Assembly (NCBI GenBank): GCA_951406725.2
Contig: OX597834.1
Location: forward strand, 33,046,001-33,110,000
DNA from: Octopus vulgaris
Taxonomy: Eukaryota
Reading direction: 5' to 3'
DNA: 64,000 bases
Part shown: positions 28,214-42,196 of the stretch, in pieces
How the letters are laid out: each line of letters begins with the position of its first letter
Numbering within the stretch: the stretch's first letter is position 1
Position numbers and translations under genes: made by a program
Notes under the pieces: generated by a model
What the model was told of the DNA's origin: nothing
What the model saw: only the letters and a program-made list of their open reading frames with translations
The model's database searches: none

Positions 28214-28531
28214 CAAAAAAGAAAGAAAGAATGAAGAGAGAGAAGCAGCCAAATGTTTGTTATTCAATCTTGTAAAATTCAAGTGATACAAATTGTCAAA
28301 TAATCTTAGCCAGATTATCGGCGATTAAGCCATTAGCTGTCATATTAAGAGTGGACGTATAGTGTTGATTTGCTGCGGATTAATGCAAAAAATATATATT
28401 GCTAGGAGCAGGTCTTTAATCTAAATCCGTTAATCTACCTTCCCACTCTTTCAACTGCTCAGGGTAAGTTGCACTTAAAAACAACATTACCACACACACA
28501 CACACACACAGTGTTTGTATACATACATACA

Positions 28532-28652
<121 letters not shown>

Positions 28653-29214
28653 TACACTTTGACACATAAAAGCACATAAACATATTTAAATACACAAATG
28701 AAAGAAAAGAAAATTAACAACATTCTTTATTTTAAATCTTTACAGCTGTTTCGACGCATTCTCACAACTGTAGCACATAGGCTAGGCGATGAGCAATCAT
28801 TATCATATATCCAAGGTCTGGAATGAGTTTCCTCGGGTGATTGTTTAAATAAGTTCTTCGTTTTAAATAAAGAATGTCTTTGATTCCATTTTCTTTCACA
28901 GATAACATGGAATTCCCGATATGTATCTTGTAGTAGGAGCATTTCTACTGTAGGATGACATCAGATAGCCAATAACTGGGGACGTGCTTTACATAGTATT
29001 CTACAAGGCTTTACCCGAATCTCAATTAACATAAACATATATATATATATATGCTTATATATTTTTCTCAAATATAAATATATTAGTATTATGTTCAATT
29101 TCATACATTTGCTAACATCAGACCAGAGCTTCATTATGAGAAGAAAACAACACGGTTTATTGGCAACTTCTGTTTATATAAACAGGCACAGGTATGGCTG
29201 TAGGGTAAGTCTGT

Positions 29215-29592
29215 TCCCCAACTACGATACAAGGATGTTTGCAAAAGGGACATGAAGGCCTGCGACATCAATATTAGCAACTGGGAAGCAGTTGCCAGCA
29301 ACCGTGGAGATTGGCGACGTACCATAAAAGAGGGAACACAAAGGAGTGACAGAGGGAGAGAGGAGAAATGAAAAGACAGGAAAAGACGTCAACAAGAAAC
29401 TATGACATTACAACCAGCCAGGCAAAGTCTTCGCTACATTTGCGGCACCTGCCAGAGAGAGTGTTTGTCCAGGATAGGACTACACAGCCACAGCAGGAGA
29501 TGTATTAGGACATGAAATGTAAAAGCCGGACTAGATTATTTTATGCACAACTCCATTGTCTCCCGAGACAAACAGGATGCCAACAACAACAA
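29215..29592 (+). mobile_element. RTE-BovB-like LINE 3' end
   Basis: PQLRYKDVCKRDMKACDI...WEAVASNRGDWR...YICGTCQRECLSRIGLHSHSRRC (C-terminal zinc motif), followed by a (CAA)n tail. Confidence 0.85.
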
Positions 29593-29643
29593 GTCTAATG
29601 TACATATGAATTCACACACACATACATACGCATGTGTGTGTAA

Positions 29644-29681
<38 letters not shown>

Positions 29682-29683
<2 letters not shown>

Positions 29684-29858
29684 ATATGTGACAATTATTC
29701 AATAGCCAAGATAAAACTCTGAGTTTCGGATGCCGAGGTGGAAATCCACAACACCATCTCTTCGGTTATCTGGTCAGATATTTTACAGATAAATTTCCTC
29801 TATTTACATAATATTGAGGTCTCTTTCTTTCTTTTGTTATCTTACCGTTTTTACCAAT
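29682..29858 (-). mobile_element. Penelope-like terminal fragment with hammerhead-like fold (29709-29771)
   Basis: Minus strand: AGATAA CCGAAGA GATG..GTGG ATTT CCAC..CATC C GAAA CTC A GAG TT TTATCT. A related tail lies at 36125-36190. Confidence 0.55.
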
Positions 29859-29875
29859 ATATATATATATATATA

Positions 29876-30256
29876 TCTATATATAAACGGCAGTTTGTCT
29901 GTGCGTGTTTCTGTGTGTCTGTTTGCTTGTACCCTCACCCTGACCACGGCTTTCAACCGATTCTGATGAAACTTGACACACACATAGCCCAATGTCATAA
30001 TTCAAAACTAACGCAGTGAAAATTTTGAAAAGTTCCCCCAGTTCTGAAAAAAATCGATAAATTCGACATGGGGTCGAGAATCAGAAACACGAACCACAAA
30101 CTGTCTAGGGGACGCAACTCCACCTTTTTTAAATCTCAAAAAAAAATTTACCATAATTTTTTTCCATTTTTTTGCTATTTTTTGGCTATAACTCTCTAAA
30201 AATGCTTTATAGTTATTTCCCTTACAAACCTGAGCAACGCCGGGCGATACTGCTAG
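29876..30256 (+). mobile_element. Non-autonomous Helitron
   Basis: 5' end A|TCTATATATAAA. The 3' end has a hairpin CCTGAGCAACGCCGGG, then CTAG|T. No TSD. Confidence 0.8.
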
Positions 30257-30399
30257 TATATATATATATATGAAAAAGGAAAATAATGACTTCACTGGTA
30301 ATTCTAATCAATTTAACTTTTTAATAATATAATTTTACAATCTGGTTTGTAGATCTAATAAGTTCTTTGTTGACTTCGGTGGGGAGATTATTTTAAAGA

Positions 30400-30672
30400 T
30401 TCCTGGACCCAGCTGTGTGTTGTGTTCTTCAGCAAGACAGTTTATTTCACGTTGCTCCAGTTCACGCAGATGTAGCGATGAATTGTGACATCACTGGTGC
30501 CAAGCTGCATTGGTCTTTGTTTTTCCCTTTGGACAACATCGGTGGCATGGAAACGGGAGACTGGTATGCATGGGTGACTGCTGGTCTTCCATAAACAACA
30601 TTGCTCGGACTTGTGCCTTGGAGGAGAACTTTATAAGTGCAATTCCATGGTCATTCATGACCGAAGGGGGTC
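30400..30672 (+). mobile_element. SINE family D, 5'-truncated
   Basis: Homologous to the reverse complement of 46081-46412. Confidence 0.8.
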
Positions 30673-30699
30673 TTCGTCTTTTGCTTTTCCGAAAATTTC

Positions 30700-30768
<69 letters not shown>

Positions 30769-32907
30769 CATACATATATATTCACATATACACACACATA
30801 CACACATACATACATACATATACATATACACGCATATACATACGCACAAGATCATACACACACAAACGCACGCATACATACGTTCATGCACACGCACACA
30901 CACACTCCATCACATGGTCGGTACTATAGCACACGTCGCTTCACTTCCACTACAGCCTCACACTAGACCAACACTATATGCTACAGCCGTAACATCTTTT
31001 TAGCCTACACCACCACCAAGTCCCACCTCGTATGTCACCACTACCACCACCATTACTGCCGTTAGCACCACCACCACCACTACCACCAATACTACCACCA
31101 CCACCACATCTACCATCACGTCTACAAACACATCAACCACCACCACCGACACAACTACCACCATTAGGGTTAGGGTTAGCTATTCACATCAGCATACCAA
31201 CCACCACAACCAATACCACTACCATCACTACCACCATCACAGCCACAAATTCACACGTAAGCCACTGTTTAATCCCCCTACACCTAATATATACTGCGCC
31301 CATATCACCCCATAAATACTACCACCAATCACCACAACCCATACTACCACATCATGCCAACACCACTCACACCTCTGCTGCTACCACCGTCACAACCCTT
31401 TTTACACTAAAATCATCCATCGTATCAGCACTTCGCTATACTAACACCACCACCATCACCAATACTGCCGTCACCACCACCACCAATGCTACCGCCGTCA
31501 CCACTACCACCATCACCAGTACTACCACCACCACCATCACCGTCATCAATACCACCACCATCATCATTATGACTACCATCACAGATACCAATAGCAACAC
31601 CACCACAACTACCACCACCAATTTCCAGCATACCACCGACACACTCCCGCCACCATCACAGCCTCCTACTACATGCCATCAACGCCACCACCATTACAAT
31701 CTCCCACATTTCTCTACGACCACGACCATCGCCGTCACCACTGCCACCACCACCATCCACCACCATCCACTATTAACAACAGTAGCAGCATCATCATCGC
31801 AAACGACAGTTACACTTTTCCCGCCATCGTGCCATCGCTTCTTTAAACCACCAGCGCCCCGCCCCCTATTCCACCACCACCACCACCACCACCCACATTC
31901 CACCATCACAACGACCATCAACATCACTCCCTCTTCCCTCCCCCCCACACACACACATCACGACTACCAGTACATCATGCCACCACTCCGTTAAACTACC
32001 GATACCTCCCAAAATGCTGCCAACGCCGCCACCTCCACAACCACCCACATACCACCAACACAACCACCACAACCACCACCACCACCACCACAATCTTAAG
32101 CATCACAGCATCACCACTACGATTACCACCATCACACCACCACCACCACCACCATCCTCATCACAACTTCGTGTACATAATGTCATCACTTCTTTTAAAC
32201 CACTTCCCAACACATCACCACCGCTACCGCAACCACCACCACCACCACAACCACCCACATATCACCTACACCACCACCACCACCCACCCACTTCGATGCA
32301 CTATTTACACGCATCACGTATCCAGTGACCTGTGAAATATGTAGAGATTAGCTCTAAATCCTCTCCATTATTTAAGTTCAGCAACATGTTGCTGTGTTTT
32401 TTGTTGTTGTTGCTGTTGTTGTTTAGTCCCCGGTCAGCTCGGCTGTGAACCAGCGGACCTGTGATCATCAGATACATTTTCTTTTCTCCTTTTTTTTTTT
32501 TCTTTTTCGCTTTTGTCTCAACTATGACCACCCAGTCTTTTTTACGGTTATCTGGAACGGCTGTAAAAAAAAAAAATCTGGAATTCGATTTAATTGTTGA
32601 TAGCTCGATGTACAAGAAATAGCAGTGAAACACCGCAGTTTTGAAGAACAAGAAGGACAAGTGCTATCAAGTGTAGCTTTAACTGGACACAAAGCTAAGT
32701 TTTAATCAACCAGCGGCTCGGTCGCCCCGGTGTGTGATTGTGTCCCATGTTGGTAGATCCGAAACCCCCAGTAACCCCAGGAAGCACCGCCGATGATGCA
32801 GCTGGACACATCAGTTGTCCATAGTTATCCTCTTTCTCATTGATTCTGAGAGATATTCACATCAGCAAGACAGTTTATCTTTGTGAAAATGCGTAGTTTT
32901 TCTTGCC

Positions 32908-33062
32908 ATAATTGAATCTGATTGTCATAACGGCGCAAGAGATTGCAGAGAGATTTAACGTATCATTAAAATCATTTAAAATGTCTTGGACTCGTTAAGA
33001 AGCTCGATATTTGGGTTCCACATAAATTGAAAAAAACTGCATCTGAAGAAAAGAATTATGTA
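32908..33062 (+). mobile_element. mariner transposase fragment
   Basis: EIAERFNVS / NHLKCLGLVKKLDIWVPHKLK, matching the WVPHEL motif. Confidence 0.85.
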
Positions 33063-33683
33063 ACGCTCTTTGGTCATGGGCCATCCCGATCAAGTGGGAC
33101 CTGGAGCCAAAGAACCGAAAAGAACAAAAGCACCAGCAAAAACAGCAAATAACAACCACATCTCTGTTCACCGCTATTAGGGCGGAGTTAGCTGTCTGCA
33201 AGTTCGAGCCCCGCTGGTGAAAGTGGTTGCTTCAGCGCATCTCTTTTACCATCGTCCGGGGCAACGCCCTTTTCTGTTTTGTCTGCTGGGGCCACGAGGC
33301 GAACTGACAAGCCTTTTTTTGGATATTTCTTTGCTGTGAGGAAGAAGGAAGATGATGAATTAGGCAGGGCCCTTCGTCAAGGTAAAAGAAGGAAAAACGA
33401 AAAATAAAAAATAAAATATAAAAAAGGGAAACGGAAAACTAAAAAAAAAAAAAAGAAAGAAAGAGAAAGAAAAAGTAATAAAAAACAACAACAGCAATAG
33501 CAACAACAAAATCATTAACAACTGGAAGAGTTCAATAGTCCATAAATAAATTCAATAAGTTAGGTTAATTGCCGACGATATAATTGAAGTATTAAGGAAA
33601 TGTATTGATACTTCTGTAACTCAATTAATGTAATAGACATTTCAGCAAATACATTTGACTGAACGGCGTCTACATACCTATGT

Positions 33684-33722
<39 letters not shown>

Positions 33723-33799
33723 CCTATATCTATCTATCTCTCTCTCTCTCTCTCTCCCTCCCTCTCTCTCTCTATCTATCTATCTTTTTTTTTTTTTTA

Positions 33800-33976
33800 T
33801 TTTACTTATTTATTTTTTTTGTTCTTTTCTTCCCTTTTACGATCCCTCTTGATCGAAAACCTACGCCACCCCTTTTTTTTTCTTTTTGTTTTTTGTTTTT
33901 TTCATCCCCCAAAAGAAAAGCTCTACCTTGTAACTTGTCCCATCTGTGTGCAGCCCTGTGTGACCAATAAAGAAAC
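33800..33976 (+). mobile_element. Non-LTR retrotransposon 3' end (Tx1-like suspected) in (TATC)n
   Basis: Ends GCAGCCCTGTGTGACCAATAAAGAAA followed by (TATC)n. Two more copies lie nearby. Confidence 0.65.
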
Positions 33977-34029
<53 letters not shown>

Positions 34030-34030
<1 letters not shown>

Positions 34031-34395
34031 CTATATATAAAGCTGAAGTTGTCTGTGTATGGCAGGTTTGGTAGCCTTCAACTAACACTATCTCCTCCGA
34101 AACCCTGTGGCGCAAGTTGACCAAAAGGAATCTTGCTATTCATTCCGTAGAAAAAAAGTTCAAATCGGACCATGTTAAAACCAAAAATTATTTACATCAA
34201 AAAGGTGCTTTTTTTTTTCAATGAAAATCCCTATTTTTTACGATTTTTTGACTGCTGTGTCGCCAGTTTTCGGTGTATTTCAACCAGAAAAATGTTCACT
34301 GAAAGAGAATAACAATCTGCAGAATGTCAAATTTTTACTTTCCAAAAATTCCAATTCTAAAGGGTCGAAACTCGGTTGTGACGTGAACGACTGGC
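34030..34395 (+). mobile_element. Probable Helitron-like 5' fragment
   Basis: Start TCTATATATAAAGCTGAAGTTGTCTGTG resembles 29876. No 3' CTAG end seen. Confidence 0.45.
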
Positions 34396-34433
<38 letters not shown>

Positions 34434-34999
34434 GAGGAAAGAAAGAGAGAAACGAAGAAAGAAAGAAAGGAGGAAAGAAAGAAAGGAGGAAAGAAAGGAA
34501 GAAAGGAAGAAAATAAGAAAAAAAGAAAGAAAGAAAGAAAGAAAGAAAGGAAGAAAGAAAGAAAGAAAGGAACGAACGAACGAAGAAAGGTAGGAAGGAA
34601 TGAAGGAAGGAATGTAAGAAGGAATGAAGGAAGATGAGTGAGAGACAGACAGACAAACAGACAGACAGGCAAATAGAATTCCAGATGAGTGAACCATGAG
34701 TATGTCCGAAACATTTTGCCAGCAGGAAGAATGGTGGACAAGTTGAACTGGGAACGAGAGCAACAGTGGCGCCATGTTTAGCATACGGTGCTGCGGCTCA
34801 TTGTAAGCAAAGTGTAAATAAGTGAAATGAGGAGGAGCAGATGATGATGATGATGATGGTAATGATGATGACAACGATGATGGCGACGACGATGAGGATA
34901 ATGATAATGATGATGGTGATGGTGATTATGATGGCGATGACGATGATAGATCAATAGACTGACTGGTGGACAGAGAGACGGAGAGACGAACAGGCGGAG

Positions 35000-35048
<49 letters not shown>

Positions 35049-35049
35049 T

Positions 35050-35348
35050 GTTTCTTTATTAGCCACACAGGGCTGCACACAGACAGAACAAATTACAAGG
35101 TAGAGCTTTTCTTTTGGGGGTAAAAAAGAGGGGGTTGGTTTTCGATCAAAAGGGATCGTAAAGGGAAAGAAAGAGAACAAAAAAAGGGGAGGATTTTTTT
35201 AAAAGGGGGGGAAGAAAAGGGAGAGGAAAAAAAAGTTGATCAATAGGGATCGTAATCACAGAAATGTCAATATGAAGTGTAAAGGAGAGGACAGGTGAGG
35301 TTTACCCGTGGAAAGAAAAGCCTACGGAAAAGACCACGGTAACCTCGA
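35050..35348 (-). mobile_element. Same non-LTR 3'-end family, longer copy, between (GATA)n tracts
   Basis: TTTCTTTATTAGCCACACAGGGCTGCACACAGA...GTAGAGCTTTTCTTTTGGGG. Confidence 0.65.
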
Positions 35349-35380
35349 GATAGATAGATAGATAGATAAACAGACAGATG

Positions 35381-35433
<53 letters not shown>

Positions 35434-35600
35434 GGGGAGAGAGGGGGAGAGAGGGGGAGAGAGGGGGAGAGGGAGAGAGAGACAGATAGACAGACAAACT
35501 GACTGAGATATAGATACACAGGCAGGCAGACAGACAGACAGAGACAGAGAGACAGACATACAGACAATGTCACTCCAGACGCGTTTAATCATCTCCTCAG

Positions 35601-35719
35601 ATTGAACCAATCAGGCGATCGATCATGTCAGAATTGATTGAACTGAAGGAAGAAATCTTGGCTGTTGTAACAGGTGGAATAAAGTACCAGGAGCTGGTGA
35701 CAGTTTGCAGAAACCAAAG
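35601..35719 (+). CDS. Candidate coding exon (IEPIRRSIMSELIELKEEILAVVTGGIKYQELVTVCRNQ)
   Basis: Acceptor TTTAATCATCTCCTCAG, an open protein-like frame and a weak donor AG|GTGGCG. Product not recognised. Confidence 0.25.
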
Positions 35720-35784
35720 GTGGCGGGTTGGCTGCCGTGGGGGTTTATAGACCGATCTCTCTGCAAAGATCTGACAGGGCGTGG

Positions 35785-35943
35785 CATGGACGGACTGAGC
35801 CGTCGGTCAATTGAGCACTTCCCGAGGACCCGGAGCTCTAAGGGGCCCCCACCCTACATGTTAACTCTTACTAAAACACACATTCAAAGGGGCCCGGTAA
35901 ACAGTTATGCCCGAGGGCCCTTAATACTCTCAGTCCGTCCCTG
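35785..35943. mobile_element. hAT-type MITE, 159 bp
   Basis: 15-bp TIRs CATGGACGGACTGAG and CTCAGTCCGTCCCTG. Perfect 8-bp TSD GGGCGTGG at 35777 and 35944. Confidence 0.9.
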
Positions 35944-36211
35944 GGGCGTGGAATGAATGGGTCAGCAAAGAGAGCAGAGAAAGCTACAGTGTGGCTTTGG
36001 ATAAAACAAGAGCAGACGTGAGGGCCGGGTGGTGGCGTGGCGAGATGACAGTCCGTTCTGAGCGGCGCTTTTATAAAGGCGGTACTTTTGGTTCTACTAT
36101 ATAACTCTGTAAAAACTTGGGATATATTTCTCTATTTACATAATATCGAGATCTCTTTCATTCTTTTGTTTTCTTACCATTTCTATCAATATATATAGAT
36201 AGATAGATAAG

Positions 36212-36430
36212 TTTCTTTATTGACCACACAGGGCTGCACACAGATGGGAAAAGTTACAAGGTAGAGCTTTTCTTTTGGGGGATGAAAAAAACAAAAAAAA
36301 CAAAAAAAAAAGGTGGCGTAGGTTTTCGATCAAAAGGGATCGTAAAAGGGAAAAAAAGAACAAAAAATAAAATTTAAAAAAAAAGAAAAAAAAAGAAAAA
36401 AGGTAAAGGAACAAAAGAAAAGAGAAATGA
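36212..36430 (-). mobile_element. Same non-LTR 3'-end family between (GATA)n tracts
   Basis: Close inverted match to 33800-33976. Confidence 0.65.
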
Positions 36431-36647
36431 AAAAAAGATAGATAGATAGATAGATAGATACATACATACATACATACATACATACATACATACATACATA
36501 CATACATACATACATGCATGCATGCATACATACATGCATACATACATACATACATACATACATACATACATACATACATGCATGCATACATACATACATG
36601 CATACATGCATACATATATATATTTATATATTTATATATATATATAT

Positions 36648-36687
<40 letters not shown>

Positions 36688-36857
36688 CGAGAGAGAAACA
36701 AACAGAGAGGATACAGAGACAGTTGGGAATTCCAATAGCGACGACGACGGCGACAGTGTCCATCCCGATGATGACAATCATGATGATGATGATGATGATG
36801 ATAATGCTATGTATGAGTGTGTGTTCCTCTGCGTCTGTGTGTGCGTGTGCGTGTGTA

Positions 36858-36906
<49 letters not shown>

Positions 36907-37549
36907 TGGGGAAAACTGATGTCGTCATTGCGTGCGGCCATGTATGTGTATAATGTATATCCCTGTGTGAGTGTGTGTGTGTGTGTGTATACATATATGT
37001 ATGTGTGTGTGCGTGTGTGCATGTATGTATGTATGTATGTATGTATGTATGTATGTATGCATGCAACGGTCCGTCTCTGTGCGTGCTTGAAGGGATTAAC
37101 GGGGATTAACGCGTAGAAGGTGCAGATCAATCTAAAAGAAGTGTTTTCAGCTGAATAGAAACTATTGTTTTAATCTGTGCGAGATTAAGAGCCGAGATGT
37201 AATGAACATTGAATTTAGAACGGATTATCTTTGCTGCTTGGTCAAGCGTGTCCGTAATTGAATTACTGTGTACTAAACAACACCACTTTACGGCCTAGTG
37301 GTCAACAAGTGCCCGTAGGTCAACTACTTTTCGGCATTAACGTTGTTTTTTTCTTCTCTGCTCGTGTGTGTGTGTGTGCGTGTGTGTGTGTGTGTGTGTG
37401 CGTGCGTGTGTGCGTGTGCGTGTGTGTGTGCATATTTGTATGAGTGCATATTAGTATGTGTGCACGTATTGTGTGAGTATCGAGAAGGGTGTGTGTATGT
37501 GTTATATATACATATGGGGGGGTATGTGTGTGTGTGTGCGTGTATGTGC

Positions 37550-37596
<47 letters not shown>

Positions 37597-38841
37597 AAGA
37601 CAAGCGCTCGCACATTCCTGTACGTATGCATTTTATATGTGCGTATATATGCATGGATACCCCCTGCACACAGATAGGTAGATGGCTAGATAGATAAATA
37701 GATTATCTAAATAGATACACGCACACACATACATACACACACATATATATATCTGCATATATATTTATATATATATATATATATATGCATAAATATATAT
37801 ATATATACACACACGCATATACACATACATATATATATAAATATATGTATGTGTGTGTGTGTGCGCACCCGAAACGGCGCACCCAAAACGGCGCGCATTC
37901 ACTTCTGGTGACCCCATACACTTGCCAGCATCCGGTACGCGGAGCTTTCAACTTGTAGCACTTGTATCTGCAAGTTGTTCGCAAAAAATCTGTATACAAA
38001 ACATCGCATGTATATTTATATATATATATATGCGGGCAAAACGCCCCCCCTCGTCCAATGGACGGTGCTGAGTTGTCAAACATTTAAACCAAATTTCTCG
38101 AAACAACTTGTCCGACCATCCCATTTTGTGGCATTATTTCAAGCCGGTTTTTTTGGCGCAAACTGCACGTACATTTTTCTCGCGTATGCGTAGTATCGAT
38201 CGCAACAGCTGATGTACTTGCGCGTACAAATGCGGGATCTTTTCACTTTGACCGGCAGATTTTTAAAATAATTTCTTTGTAACTAAACACTTTTAAACTT
38301 CTTATACTGGTAGAATGTGTTACATAAAATATCTTTTTCTCTTGGCTTTCTTGAGAAAATTCTGTAGTTTGTAAGCTATTTGTTGTTAAATTTCTTGCAT
38401 TTCGGCAATTTCAACCAATCAATGACGTCTATTGAGGTGAATGCAATTTCTGCTGTAGTTTGTCAACAACAATTTCCTGCGGTGTCTACTCAGTTATTTA
38501 TGACATATCTCATATCAGTTGCGTTCGTATGAATAAAAGATTATCGTTATTAAACTTTTATTAAGAAACGCATATTCTAAGTTTGGAAAGTTTTAGAGAT
38601 TTTTACAGTTCCAGTGATGGATTGGATCTGTAATCTTCAAATTAGCCTTCTTCTTCTTTCTGGTTTTGAAAAGCCTAATTTCTCAAGATTGGTATTTAGG
38701 CAGTGTGTTACATATCTCAGGGCCCCAATAATAACAATATGTATGCATGTATGTATATGTGTATGTATGTATGTATGTATGTATGTATGTATGTATGTAT
38801 GTATGTATACACGTATGTATGTATGTGTGTGTGTATGCATG

Positions 38842-38872
<31 letters not shown>

Positions 38873-38915
38873 GTATACATGTATGTATGCGTGTGTATGT
38901 ATGTATGTATGTATG

Positions 38916-38947
<32 letters not shown>

Positions 38948-39300
38948 CATGTATGTATGTACGTATGTATGCATGCATGTATGTATGTATGTATGTATGC
39001 ATGCATGCATGCATGCATGTATGTATGTATGTATGTATGTATGTATGTATGTATAGGCTATGTATACACGTATGTATGTATGTGTGTGTATGCATGTATG
39101 TATGCATGTATGTATATATGTGTGTGTATGTGTGTATGTATGTATACATGTATGTATACATGTATGTATGTATGTGTGTGTATGTATATATGTATGTACG
39201 TATGTATGCATGCATGCATGTATGTATGCATGCATGTATGTATGTACGTATGTATGTATGTATGCATGCATGTATGTATGTATGTATGTATGTATGTATG

Positions 39301-39331
<31 letters not shown>

Positions 39332-39537
39332 GTATGTATGTATGTATAGGCAAGGTAATGGCCTTATGTTACAAATCATTATTTTTATTGACTGTAAATA
39401 TTCAGAATATTTGTTTTCATTTTTTTATTTTATGCCAAACAAAATATTCGTTCATTTAAACAAGAAAATTTTACTGATTTTGCATTTTTATTTGGAGACA
39501 AATAAAGAGGAGAGCATTATTTTGCCTTGAAAAACAT

Positions 39538-39943
39538 GCACAGGGTGACAGTGTGGTAAGAAGCTTACTTCCCAACCACATGGTTCCGGGTTCAGTCCCA
39601 CTGCGTGGCACCTTGAGCAAGTGTCTTCTACTACTATAACCTCAAGCCGACCAAAGCCTTGTGATTGGATTTGGTAGACGGAAACTGAAAGAAGCCCGTC
39701 GTATATATGCGTATATATATATATTTGTGTTTGTGTCTGTGCTTACCCCCTCCCCTCACCATCGCTTGACAGCCAATGTTGGTGTGCTTACGTTCTCGTA
39801 ACATAGCTGTTCGGCAAAACAGACCGACAGAATAAATCCTAGTCTTACAAAGAATAAGTTCTGGGGTCGATTTGTTCGACTAAAGGCGGTGCTCCAGCAT
39901 GGCCACAATCAAATGACCGAAACAAGTAAATGAGTAAATGAGT
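39538..39943 (+). mobile_element. SINE family A
   Basis: Homologous to the copy at 1223. Confidence 0.88.
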
Positions 39944-39997
39944 CGTGTGTATATGTGTATCTCTCTCCCCCTCTCTCTCTCTCTCTCTCTACCTCTA

Positions 39998-40100
<103 letters not shown>

Positions 40101-40699
40101 ATCATTTTGTCTAAAGCGGTGTTTCTCAACGGTTGGGCGTTGAAATATTTTTAGTGAAGCGTGTTTTACTTCAGGATGTAAATAACAAGTCAATAAAACT
40201 TACTATAAAGTTTTAATGAAGCCAGCTTTTGAATATAAGTGCGCAGATATGAGGCCGCTGGTATTCATAGAGTGTTAAACACTTTCGGTATGCAAATTAG
40301 GGACTCTTTCATAGAGTAACTGCTGCAACTGTTGAGTATATAAACAGTTTGGCTAATTTTTTCCTCCGTTGGGAACCCAATAATCTTAGAAAATAGTTTA
40401 AGGTTGTTCATCTTTTTGTTTTCAGTCTGCGGAGAAGTGGCTAAAATTTGCCCCGTTTATAATTATAATATATGTTACATATCTATATATGATGGATTCT
40501 CCCGTCAGGTCTTATAAATTTGTTGGTACTCCATGCAAATGATTGTACTGGGCCTTACATTATCTAATTATTGACAGTAAATCAGAATTGCACCCCTAAA
40601 CCTGTTAGGCCCCAGTGCACCTTCCTTTAAATTGGCGCTGACCCCATGACTAGCTTGTAGTTCATTCTCTCTTACATCTAGGCGATAGAATTTCATGTG

Positions 40700-40890
40700 G
40701 TACCTATGAAATAGGTACTATTGACATAGGTACATGAAACAAGAGATTCGCATAAATAGCCAAGAATGCTTAGGTTCTCCAGACAGGAAAGAAAAAAAAA
40801 GGAAACTGATACATATCCGGCTAATACACTCGATAAGTGGTACAGTGAAAGTCTGTGAGATATTTTGGAGATACTATACTTCAGGTTTCT
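40700..40890 (+). mobile_element. Dong/R4-type LINE extreme 3' fragment
   Basis: KLIHIRLIHSISGTVKVCEIF resembles the C-termini at about 1060 and 48640. Confidence 0.55.
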
Positions 40891-41201
40891 GGATTGTAGG
40901 TACGAACACAGCTAAACACGCGTGTAGCATACACGCATTCGCGCTCACACAAAGGGTAAGGAAATAGCATACACCTTATTGCGCAGTAAAGTGACATAAA
41001 ATAAGTCCGTCTTTATGCACACACACACACACACACACACACTGACTAATTCAGTCGTCGACAGAATGGCATGAGTTGTTTTGACTTCAACAAAAGAGCC
41101 TCTTTGTTAGTGATTGCCTTGAGTTGCGAGAAACTAATAACTGAAATATATCCCAAAGAAAGACATACGCGTGCTCACACACACACACATGTTTATATAT
41201 G

Positions 41202-41268
<67 letters not shown>

Positions 41269-41436
41269 AGCATATATATGTATGTATATATGTATATATA
41301 CATATATGCGTGTGTATATATATGTATATATGTGTATATATATATATATATATGTATGAATATATATATACATCCACAAACATATTCATATAAGTATGTG
41401 TATACACATATGTATATATGAACATATACATAAGTA

Positions 41437-41478
<42 letters not shown>

Positions 41479-41484
41479 TATGTT

Positions 41485-41571
<87 letters not shown>

Positions 41572-41933
41572 CATATACATAAGTATATACGATACATATA
41601 TATAAATATATACAAATACGTGTACGTGTGCGTGTGTATGTGTGTGTATGAATGTATGTGCGAGCATATGTGTGTGTGTGTGTGTGTGTGTGCGTAAGCG
41701 CATGAGTGCGCGCTTCATTTGATAAATATGTCGGTCACGCAGATCTATTATGTATTTATGACTGTACTAGGTGTGTGCAATTAAATACAAATATAAATAC
41801 GTGTGTGTGTGTGTGAGGTGAGTATCTTGGTGTGTGTGGGGGGGGTATGTGTGTGGTGGGTTAGATGCACTTAATAAACCTACCTGTGAAACATCCTTTA
41901 CAGGTGTTTGTATACAATTTGTAAACAGGTGTA

Positions 41934-42019
<86 letters not shown>

Positions 42020-42058
42020 TTGTGAATATGTTTGTGCGTGTGCCGTGTGCTGATGCAC

Positions 42059-42098
<40 letters not shown>

Positions 42099-42162
42099 GG
42101 GGGGCGCACATAGACACACTCACGAACATATATTTATATACATATGTATATGTGTGTATGTG

Positions 42163-42196
<34 letters not shown>

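Noticed and set aside
28730-28950. Hammerhead-like GTCGAAACAGCTGTA on the minus strand and a possible Penelope C-terminus
   Set aside because: No intact NUGANNA box or stem I could be assigned, so it is too decayed to call.
31163-31179. TTAGGGTTAGGGTTAG as interstitial telomere
   Set aside because: Fewer than three units, so it is compatible with chance.
31032-32328. Pro/Thr/His-rich mucin-like ORFs
   Set aside because: Degenerate (ACC)n low-complexity DNA with no splice or domain evidence.
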